Source of the DNA: Candidatus Odinarchaeia archaeon | GTDB lineage: Archaea; Asgardarchaeota; Odinarchaeia; Odinarchaeales; Odinarchaeaceae | Direction: 5' to 3' | Assembly: GCA_029856525.1 (NCBI GenBank) | Contig: JAHQXC010000004.1 | Coordinates: 5,365-37,364 of the forward strand | DNA length: 32,000 nt | Shown here: positions 1 through 7,208 of the stretch, in pieces | How the letters are laid out: every line of letters starts with the position of its first letter | Position numbering within the stretch: the first letter of the stretch is position 1 | The notes under the pieces: model-generated | Told to the model about the DNA's origin: nothing | Seen by the model: only the letters and a program-made list of their open reading frames with translations | Database searches by the model: none | Made by a program: the position numbers and the translations under genes

Positions 1-497
1 TGGTAGTTTTAGGAGATGAAAGAGTAGGTAAAACCTCTCTCATATTCAGATATACTGAAAGAAGATTTCTAGGAGACTATAAACCTACGATAGGAATCGA
101 TTTCTCAGCTAAACTTGTCGAGATAGGTAAATATAATGTTGATCTTATCATCTGGGATTTAGGCGGACAGGAGAAGTACAGGATTTTGAGAAAACACTAT
201 TTAGAAGGCGCTAGGGGAGCTATACTAGTATTCGATTTAACTAACAGCCAGTCTCTTGAACATATAAACAGCTGGTATACTGATCTTCAACAAAACTGCG
301 GTGACGTCCCAGCCATACTCGTCGGTAATAAAGCTGATTTAGTTCAAGAACGGAAAGTATCAGCTGAAGAAGCTAGAAGAAAAGCTGAACTGTTAGGGTT
401 AAAATATATGGAATGCTCAGCTAAAGATGGAACAGCGGTTGATGAAGCGTTCAAGGATATAACCCAGCAGATGATAGAGAAATATGTATACGGCTGA
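1..497 (+). CDS. Rab/Ras-like small GTPase, 5'-truncated by the window edge
   Basis: The frame is open from nt 3, upstream of the track start at 186: VVLGDERVGKTS (G1), YKPTIG (G2), WDLGGQE (G3), NKAD (G4), SAK (G5). No C-terminal CaaX/CC motif. Confidence 0.95.
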   Translation, partial: VVLGDERVGKTSLIFRYTERRFLGDYKPTIGIDFSAKLVEIGKYNVDLIIWDLGGQEKYRILRKHYLEGARGAILVFDLTNSQSLEHINSWYTDLQQNCGDVPAILVGNKADLVQERKVSAEEARRKAELLGLKYMECSAKDGTAVDEAFKDITQQMIEKYVYG

Positions 498-504
498 ATT
501 CGAT

Positions 505-660
505 TCAACGTTTAACAGGAAACTCATAACCACACTCAGGGCATTTACAAAAACCACAGTCGCCTAAAGACCTACTAGGGCATGAACCGCACGCGAAAAC
601 TCGACCATAAGATATATTAAAGGTGAAACCGCATTTAGGGCATTTAACAAGATTACTCAT
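505..660 (-). CDS. Cys-rich zinc-binding microprotein (51 aa), not in the ORF track
   Basis: Manual translation: MSNLVKCPKCGFTFNISYGRVFACGSCPSRSLGDCGFCKCPECGYEFPVKR*. 8 Cys in CxxC/CPxCG motifs, GGTTGAT RBS-like sequence before the ATG, fills the intergenic gap. Confidence 0.8.
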   Translation of the reverse strand: MSNLVKCPKCGFTFNISYGRVFACGSCPSRSLGDCGFCKCPECGYEFPVKR

Positions 661-812
661 ATCAACCATCTCTTTAAGCTAAAGAAACTTTAACCATACA
701 TTTTTTAAACTTAACTCTAAATTACAGCTATATAAGCTGAGAGGAAACAATAAATACCAGCGTTAGCAAATTAACTATAATAATTTTAATCCATGTTTAA
801 GATTGATGGAAA

Positions 813-1436
813 ATGGAGATCAAAGGATATATATTGATAAAAGGGAATGTATACCCGGCCTCTGAAGTGTTAAAGGCGATTGCTAAAAATCCTCATATAA
901 GGTTATCTTTAACTGATAAAGGAGCTCTACTGATAGGGGACTCCAAGATCGATAAATTAAACGAGCCTCTACCGAACATAATCAAAAACATTCTCTGCTT
1001 TAAAGCGTTAGCATACTGCTGTCCACTAGACAGGCCTTGCTCCAACCGAGATTTAGCATTAGAATTATTGGGGATAAGTAAAACAGTGTATAAGAATCTT
1101 AAAGAAGAATTCGAGGGGAAACTGTTAAACTATATTAGTGAATCAGGAATTCAAGGTAAATCTATACCAGGTAAAGAAATATTTTACAGTGAGCAACCTG
1201 ACCGTGATATTTTAGAAGAATGGGATTTCTCATCTCTATCGAAACCTGAGAATCCTTATAAAAATGTAGAGGAGAGTAAACATGGAGAGACTGACGCGTT
1301 AAACTTCTTTACAATTTTAAGCGGTGAAACAGAATCTGAAAGACGGAAAGAAATTTATTGTAAAAGATGCGGGCGAAGCGTCGAAGCTTCAGCCAGATAC
1401 TGTCCTAATTGTGGTAGTTTAATCGAAAAAGTTTAA
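813..1436 (+). CDS. Hypothetical protein with a methanogenesis-marker-9/COG4008-like Cys motif and a C-terminal zinc ribbon
   Basis: Internal CFKALAYCCPLDRPCSNRDLALELLGISKTVYKNLKEEF; C-terminal CKRCG-x8-YCPNCG. Confidence 0.7.
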   Translation: MEIKGYILIKGNVYPASEVLKAIAKNPHIRLSLTDKGALLIGDSKIDKLNEPLPNIIKNILCFKALAYCCPLDRPCSNRDLALELLGISKTVYKNLKEEFEGKLLNYISESGIQGKSIPGKEIFYSEQPDRDILEEWDFSSLSKPENPYKNVEESKHGETDALNFFTILSGETESERRKEIYCKRCGRSVEASARYCPNCGSLIEKV

Positions 1437-1450
1437 AATAATTACAGAAA

Positions 1451-1587
1451 TTAGTTTTATAAATTTCGCTGCTGGAAGAGCAATGGTTTTAAGTGGTTGA
1501 TGCGAACCAGCCTAAAATCTCACAGTGTACTTGTTAACAGCACGCTGCGCGAGGGGAGAACCCCGTCTTTAGATGTGGGTAGTTCAC
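1451..1587 (+). mobile_element. Non-autonomous IS200/IS605-like element (omega-RNA/MITE-like), copy A
   Basis: First 91 nt match 4394-4484 except one base. Ends GAACCCCGTCTTTAGATGTGGGTAGTTCAC, resembling the hairpin plus TCAC right end of tnpB-encoding IS200/IS605 elements. No ORF. Confidence 0.7.
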
Positions 1588-1589
1588 TT

Positions 1590-2522
1590 TCAAGTTATTA
1601 AAGGTTTAATTCTTCTCCCAACATTAAACATTCTAAACCATTCACTGTCATTTAAAAATAATCCAGCGTAGGCTCCAGCATTACATCCTATACCACACCT
1701 TTCACATATAGGTTTAGCTCCATCACTATCTGTATTAGAAATCACGCATGATTGTTTTCTTCTACCTTTATTATCCAAATTTATAAAAAACCATTTCGGA
1801 CAGTTTAAACTCCACCCTCCATCTCTAAATAAATTTAACTGCATTGAGGTGTTAGCGATAAAATCAGGGAGTTTCTCTTTTATTCTTATTATGTTATCTA
1901 TAGTAGCATTCCGCTCTTTCCCGTAGGGTAACCACAATTCGTCATCATAGGAAAACGGTGTGTGAAACTGAAATGTAATCGCTTGAGCTATAGGATACCA
2001 CTCGCTAATAACTTTCGGAATTACTTTATAGTTTAATCTGTTTATCGTCATATTAATTACACATTTTATATCTGGATGGTCAATTATATTCTGTTTTATT
2101 TTTTCGTATATTTTCGCGCCTCTAATCATATTATGTATCGACTCTGTTCCATCTATCGAGGTGAAATAACCCACACCGAAATTAATTAAAGGGATTGTCC
2201 CATTTGTTACTATGGAGACATTCCTCCACTTCATCTCATCTAAAATAGCTTCAATAACATCAACTCTAAGAAGCGGTTCACCGCCAGTTAAACTAATAGC
2301 GCATACTCCTTTCTCTATAATTTCTTTCCTTACTATACTTCTCCATTCATCGGCGCTTAACTCCCTGCTTGAATCATTATTTCGCCACCAGTAGCAGTGA
2401 ATACAATTTAAATTACAGGCAGAGGTAATATCTATAGAACCGAATATCGGAATTTTTTTACCAAACAACTTTATTTGAATTATCTTCGAAGCGATTTCAG
2501 CGATGGTAATTATTTTTTTCAA
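1590..2522 (-). CDS. Radical SAM protein with Cys-rich C-terminal (twitch/SPASM-like) extension
   Basis: CNLNCIHC (CxxxCxxC), LTGGEPLL, IVTNG, SIDG; C-terminal CPKW...CVIS...CERCGIGC. Confidence 0.9.
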   Translation of the reverse strand: MKKIITIAEIASKIIQIKLFGKKIPIFGSIDITSACNLNCIHCYWWRNNDSSRELSADEWRSIVRKEIIEKGVCAISLTGGEPLLRVDVIEAILDEMKWRNVSIVTNGTIPLINFGVGYFTSIDGTESIHNMIRGAKIYEKIKQNIIDHPDIKCVINMTINRLNYKVIPKVISEWYPIAQAITFQFHTPFSYDDELWLPYGKERNATIDNIIRIKEKLPDFIANTSMQLNLFRDGGWSLNCPKWFFINLDNKGRRKQSCVISNTDSDGAKPICERCGIGCNAGAYAGLFLNDSEWFRMFNVGRRIKPLIT

Positions 2523-2862
2523 TTAAAAGCCTTCCTTAAATTATATGGATATGAAATTAATTTTATATTTTTTTTAAAAAATTTTTAGAATATAAATTAC
2601 TCTAAAAAATAAATTAACCTATATCCAAATCTATGTACTTTAACTAACACCAGCTTTTAAAGTTGTTTAAATTTTATTTTAACCCTGCTCGCTGGAAGCC
2701 ATCTCCAAATAGATGAGGGCTCCCTGTTCCTATTTTGCTATGACTTATGACAAGGACACAGTTTATATTTACAGGTAATGTTTAGTTCATGCTACTAACC
2801 GGTCGGCGGTAAGGCAAGATGCGCCTTTATGTAATTTCACAGTATAAATCTTCTAGATAACC

Positions 2863-3858
2863 TTATCTGCCTAAATGAAGTTCTCTAAGCTGATTGTATC
2901 CTGAAAGATAACAGTTATATGTGTATATTTCTTCAGCGGAAATCTTATCAGCTATTGATTTAATTATGTTCAATTCATCCTCGCCTGTTATATTCCAATA
3001 GAGGAGAGCTGGTTTAACATCTCTGTGTTTAAATGATTCACTCTTAGATATCGATGACGTCAATCTATTATACTCTGTAGTGTTAACTTCAGGAAGTATA
3101 GGAGTCCACGGGTGAATGTTAAACACTATCTTAGTAGCGCGGCTTATTGACTCAACATTTTGCCCGTACTCTAATTCTAAGTTCTCTGTATAGTTTACAG
3201 CTGGTTCAAGATAAATTTCAGAGTAAACTTCAAGCTTCTCGTTAACTTTTCTTAAACGCTCTACAAGTGTTGTTATCATACTTGATAGTTTATCCGCCCT
3301 CCACATTAACCATTTAGACTGCAAGTCACGGTCTGCTTGTATTCTATTAAAGTCGAATGAGGCGGGTATACCCGCTATCTGACTGAACTCTGCTTTACAA
3401 TTATCACAGAAACAGTAATTTCTATTTGTAAAAGTGTTTCCTGCAAGTATAACACCTTTAACAGGGTATTGGGCAACTTCTTCTAAGATTTTGGCAAGAT
3501 AGTTGACAGTCATCTCAGAAGGGCATATATGGGTTGCACTAATCTGACCGCCAGATTTAACACTAGAGTATTTTGGATCCTCAGCCATATAATTATCTAA
3601 AAGCGTGTTGACAACAGCATAGACGTCGAAAATATCAGATGAAATTTTAATAAATTCATTTAGAAAGTTTCCGTGAACAGGATCCTTTGGGGCTGTTGAA
3701 CTATCATAGAATACGCGGCCTGATGGAGGTTTAACAACTAACCCTATTTTTGAGAGATTCCCCCCGTATTCAGCTATAAACTGAGATGGCTTCATATTAA
3801 TAGCAGTCGGATCTAGTATCAGATTCAGATTATTAACTAAAAGCTCTCTTAAATCCAT
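2863..3858 (-). CDS. Hypothetical protein, probable glycoside-hydrolase-like TIM barrel with a CFCDNC motif
   Basis: 331-aa ORF. HICPS...YLAKILEEV..YPVKGVIL...YCFCDNCKAEF...WLMWR resembles GHL10/DUF187-like barrels (recognition only). Confidence 0.5.
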   Translation of the reverse strand: MDLRELLVNNLNLILDPTAINMKPSQFIAEYGGNLSKIGLVVKPPSGRVFYDSSTAPKDPVHGNFLNEFIKISSDIFDVYAVVNTLLDNYMAEDPKYSSVKSGGQISATHICPSEMTVNYLAKILEEVAQYPVKGVILAGNTFTNRNYCFCDNCKAEFSQIAGIPASFDFNRIQADRDLQSKWLMWRADKLSSMITTLVERLRKVNEKLEVYSEIYLEPAVNYTENLELEYGQNVESISRATKIVFNIHPWTPILPEVNTTEYNRLTSSISKSESFKHRDVKPALLYWNITGEDELNIIKSIADKISAEEIYTYNCYLSGYNQLRELHLGR

Positions 3859-4000
3859 GATACCACCCTAAAAAACATATTTTTCTAGTATTGAATATTT
3901 CAACAGATATTTATAAACTACTCTAAGATCTTAACTTCACCGGTATGGACTTTCAATTTAATATGAAGATTTGAAAACTAAAACACCTTATATTCCACGG

Positions 4001-4094
4001 CTCACTAGACGTGTCCTAGCTGACGGTACACTCGCAGACACTGAAGCCTCAGCTTGAGCGTGGGAATTGAGCTTGATCGGGTAAGTGTCTGCGA
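4001..4094. ncRNA. Candidate structured non-coding RNA (strand undetermined)
   Basis: 48/90 GC over 4001-4090 versus 7/50 over 4101-4150. Perfect 11-bp stem TCGCAGACACT (4032-4042)/AGTGTCTGCGA (4084-4094). No start-containing ORF found. Confidence 0.45.
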
Positions 4095-4149
4095 AAACTG
4101 TAGTATTTTAACTCTCTAAAAACGAAACTTTAAATTTTAAATAAAAATT

Positions 4150-4293
4150 TTATCGGCACATTATTTTTTTCACTATTGGCGGTCTAACCTTATATAATAC
4201 ACGGTAACCGCAATATGGACATTTAACACCGGACACCGTTTTAAGACTCTCTATTGTAATCTCTTTCTTGCAATTCCCGCAGATATAACTCAT
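4150..4293 (-). CDS. rpoP: DNA-directed RNA polymerase subunit P (Rpo12), not in the ORF track
   Basis: Manual translation: MSYICGNCKKEITIESLKTVSGVKCPYCGYRVLYKVRPPIVKKIMCR*, with the YxCxxC...vkCPYCGxRvlyKxRP signature. Confidence 0.95.
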   Translation of the reverse strand: MSYICGNCKKEITIESLKTVSGVKCPYCGYRVLYKVRPPIVKKIMCR

Positions 4294-4393
4294 CTTAAAC
4301 CACTTCCCTGATCAATGAGGATTCCTTTAATATAAAAATTACGTTTATATTTAAAGTTAACTTGAATTATAGAATAAGCCGTCTAGATCATCC

Positions 4394-4526
4394 TTAGTTT
4401 TATAAATTTCGCTGCTAGAAGAGCAATGGTTTTAAGTGGTTGATGCGAACCAGCCTAAAATCTCACAGTGTACTTGTTAACAGCCCGCTGTGCGGGGGAA
4501 GCCACCGTCTTTATACTGTAGGAGTC
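4394..4526 (+). mobile_element. Non-autonomous IS200/IS605-like element (omega-RNA/MITE-like), copy B, 3' end more degenerate
   Basis: Direct repeat of 1451-1587. 3' part CCCGCTGTGCGGGGGAAGCCACCGTCTTTATACTGTAGGAGTC; right boundary approximate. Confidence 0.65.
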
Positions 4527-4661
4527 TAATTTAAGAATAATAAAGTATAAATATTAAGTAACATCTTTTTATTAGTCAGAGGCTCAGTTGTTAAGCAAAG
4601 TTTTATATTTATAATATTTCTAAATTCATTTAAAAAAATTGAAATTATGAGGAAAATTTGA

Positions 4662-4973
4662 ATGGGTTTAGAGATCTGTGCTAAGTGCGGTTTGCCTAAG
4701 GATTTATGTGTTTGCGAGCAGATTGTTAAAGAGGAGCAGCGTATAAAGATACGCACGGAGAAAAGGAAGTGGGGTCGTGAAGTCACGGTTATAAGCGGCT
4801 TAGATAAGAAAGAGGTTAATATCGATGAGTTAGCTAGTAAGCTGAAGGCTAGTTGTGCTTGCGGTGGAACATATAAAAACGATCAGATAGAGTTGCAGGG
4901 TGCTCATAAAGAGAAAGTCAAGGAGTTGCTGATCTCCTGGGGTTTCTCCGAGGATAAAATAGACGTTAGATAA
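4662..4973 (+). CDS. sui1: Translation initiation factor aIF1 (SUI1 family)
   Basis: N-terminal CAKCGLPKDLCVCE; IKIRTEKRKWGREVTVISG; LASKLKASCACGGTYKNDQIELQG. Confidence 0.95.
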   Translation: MGLEICAKCGLPKDLCVCEQIVKEEQRIKIRTEKRKWGREVTVISGLDKKEVNIDELASKLKASCACGGTYKNDQIELQGAHKEKVKELLISWGFSEDKIDVR

Positions 4974-4995
4974 AATTTTATAATGGACGATTGAA

Positions 4996-5238
4996 ATGAA
5001 CTTTTTTAAAAGGCGTAGTCGACCTAAAGAAGGCTATGTTTTAATAAGATTATGCCCTGTATGCGGTTCAAGTAAGCTTAGAGAATTCAACTTTCTATCT
5101 GGCTGGTATACTCAGCTTCAATATATTTGCGAGTCTTGCGGTTATTCAGGCCCATTATATTTAGAGGTTGAAGTTGAAAAAAACCAGGTGAACGACCAGA
5201 ATACTAGTGGAGTTGTTAACCGTGAAGATACTTTATGA
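4996..5238 (+). CDS. Small zinc-ribbon protein
   Basis: CPVCGS...YICESCGYSGP. The 3' end overlaps the convergent epimerase gene (5216-5238). Confidence 0.75.
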   Translation: MNFFKRRSRPKEGYVLIRLCPVCGSSKLREFNFLSGWYTQLQYICESCGYSGPLYLEVEVEKNQVNDQNTSGVVNREDTL

Positions 5239-6160
5239 ATCTTCTAATACCTTCAGCTATGGTTATTTTAGGCTGCCAGCCGAGTCTCTTTATTTTTCCA
5301 ATATCTAGTAGCATTTTAGGAATATCGCCGGCCCAGCCTCCTCTCCCACCTGTGAACACGTATCTAACATTTTTTAACCCTAACATATCTACGATGATAT
5401 CTGCGATTTCTCTGACGGTTATCCATTCTTCAGAACCGATGTTAAAGAAATCGAAGCCTTTAATATTCTGTTCTTTCAGATAAAAGACAGCGTCGATGCA
5501 ATCATCTATATATAAGTAAGATTTTTTTTGCTGCCCGTCTCCTAATATTTTTAATTCATCTGGTTTATTAATTAATTTATGATAGAAGTCGTATATCACT
5601 CCGTGAGTTGATCTAGGTCCGAAGATATTCGCAAACCTGCAGGAGATTATGTTTAAACCATATGTCTGCGCGTAAGCTGAACAATACATTTCACAGCTCG
5701 CTTTTGAAGCACCGTAGCAGCTTACAGGTTTAAGAGGAGCTGTTTCAGGGGTTGGAAGAATGTCAGCTTCACCGTATAATGTTCCACCTGAACTGGCGAA
5801 TATGATTTTATTCACATCCGTTTTTCTAGAAGCTTCGAGAATATTTAATGTTCCTAAAGTGTTTATCATAAAATTTTTAACAGGGTCAGCGGCGCTAGCG
5901 TCTACACGCGGATCAGCTGCGAAATGGAAGATTTCTCTAACATCTCTGCAAGCTTCTAAAACAGTTTCAGCGTCTCTTATATCCCCTTTTATGAATTTCA
6001 CTTTTTTATTTTCGACGAGTTGTTTATAATAATCTCCTGCAGGGGATGAGAGATTATCTAGGATAACCACCTCCTCCCCCCTATTAATTAAGCGATCCAC
6101 TATGTGACTGCCTATAAACCCTGCTCCCCCTGTTACTAACACATAACTCATATAGTTCAC
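5216..6160 (-). CDS. NAD-dependent epimerase/dehydratase (UDP-glucose 4-epimerase-like)
   Basis: TGGAGFIG Rossmann motif, YGASK catalytic motif, RFANIFGP. The start may be the ATG at 6151. Confidence 0.92.
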   Translation of the reverse strand: MNYMSYVLVTGGAGFIGSHIVDRLINRGEEVVILDNLSSPAGDYYKQLVENKKVKFIKGDIRDAETVLEACRDVREIFHFAADPRVDASAADPVKNFMINTLGTLNILEASRKTDVNKIIFASSGGTLYGEADILPTPETAPLKPVSCYGASKASCEMYCSAYAQTYGLNIISCRFANIFGPRSTHGVIYDFYHKLINKPDELKILGDGQQKKSYLYIDDCIDAVFYLKEQNIKGFDFFNIGSEEWITVREIADIIVDMLGLKNVRYVFTGGRGGWAGDIPKMLLDIGKIKRLGWQPKITIAEGIRRFIKYLHG

Positions 6161-7092
6161 CTTGTAGTGACTTCACAACCGTCATTTGTCACTATTAAAG
6201 TATGCTCCGCCTGAGATACGTAGCTTCCCTTCACGTCTGCTAAAACATGATATTGGTGGAGGACTCCACTGTTAACGAGTTCTCTGAAAGCTAGTTTAAC
6301 TGAACCTAAACTCATATCTTTTAAAAGCCATCTTTGAGAGAATGGGAGTGTTTTAAACTCTTCCACTATCTTTTTTAAAACATTTCTAGCTAGCTGAGAG
6401 CGGAGGGGGGCTCTCACAGGGATAAAACTGTAAATATAAACATAAGGGGTTTCATGAGCGTATCCTTGACCTGTCGTCGCGAAGGTTTCGACAGCGTAAA
6501 CCTCTCCTTCGAGTACCTCTTTACCGAATGGCACTTTTATGTTAGGTATATTTTTAGCGCCGTGCAAGTTGTATTGGTCGAGTATATGACCTGAGAGATC
6601 TCTCACCGGTCTGTAACCGTATTTCTTAATAGTCTCCTCTATTATTCTCCCAACTTCATTTGTTTTAACTTTCGGTTTAATAGCCTCAATAGCCTTGTTT
6701 AAAGCCTCCTCTGACGCTTCAACTAATTTATTATACTCTTCATTGAACGCTACAGTGAAGGCTCCATCCGCTATGTACCCGTCTACGTGAACTCCGAAAT
6801 CTATTTTCACAACATCCTTATCCCCTATTACGGTTTCATCACCTGGAGGGGAGGAGTAATGAGCTGCAAGATTATTTATTGAAATATTAGTTGGAAAAGC
6901 GCATTTCCCTCCTAATTCAACTATTTTCCCTTCGATCATCTCACATAAGTCGATTAGTTTAACACCTACTTTCACATGCGGTTTTATATACTCAGCCACC
7001 TGTCGGTGGATGCTACCAGCCTTCCTATATTTCTCTAATTCTTCTCCCTTACTTAATTTTTCACGCTGCTCGTTTTCGCTCACGTATTTCAC
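6157..7092 (-). CDS. map: Methionine aminopeptidase type II
   Basis: AFPTNISIN..AAHY, KIDFGVHVDGYIAD, LSGH, YAVETF, SQAEHT. Confidence 0.97.
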   Translation of the reverse strand: MKYVSENEQREKLSKGEELEKYRKAGSIHRQVAEYIKPHVKVGVKLIDLCEMIEGKIVELGGKCAFPTNISINNLAAHYSSPPGDETVIGDKDVVKIDFGVHVDGYIADGAFTVAFNEEYNKLVEASEEALNKAIEAIKPKVKTNEVGRIIEETIKKYGYRPVRDLSGHILDQYNLHGAKNIPNIKVPFGKEVLEGEVYAVETFATTGQGYAHETPYVYIYSFIPVRAPLRSQLARNVLKKIVEEFKTLPFSQRWLLKDMSLGSVKLAFRELVNSGVLHQYHVLADVKGSYVSQAEHTLIVTNDGCEVTTR

Positions 7093-7208
7093 CTTTAAAC
7101 GAGTTATAACTAAATAATTATTTATAGAAACCTAAACTATAGCGCTTATAAATAATTTCATAGTAAATATTAAACATAACTGTTTAATATTATAAGTGTG
7201 GTGGGAGA

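Noticed and set aside
186-497. Track ORF start at 186 for the GTPase
   Set aside because: The frame is open to the window edge and includes G1-G3 upstream of 186; the true start is at or beyond the edge.
1505-1541. ACCAGCCTAA and GTTAACAG resemble HEARO/IscB omega-RNA words
   Set aside because: The HEARO 5' hairpin and order of elements are not evident, and the terminal hairpin lies at the 3' end as in tnpB elements. Needs a covariance-model test.
1451-1587. CRISPR repeat or C/D box sRNA interpretation of the repeated element
   Set aside because: Only two copies, 2.9 kb apart, with no spacer periodicity; no proper RUGAUGA/CUGA box set.
2694-2723. Moco or fluoride riboswitch resemblance on the minus strand (TATTTGGAGATGG, GGAGATGG)
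   Set aside because: Only short word matches; the other required helices and conserved nucleotides were not found.
3891-3903. TTGAA-TAT-TTCAA inverted repeat upstream of the TIM-barrel gene
   Set aside because: Five-bp arms in very AT-rich DNA are expected by chance.
3988-4107. Open minus-strand frame NTTVFADTYPIKLNSHAQAEASVSASVPSARTRLVSRGI across the hairpin
   Set aside because: No ATG or plausible start after the upstream stop; better explained as a by-product of a structured RNA. tmRNA-like tag idea unsupported.
4526-4786. 86-aa minus-strand ORF
   Set aside because: Antisense shadow of aIF1 running into AT-rich intergenic DNA; no motifs.
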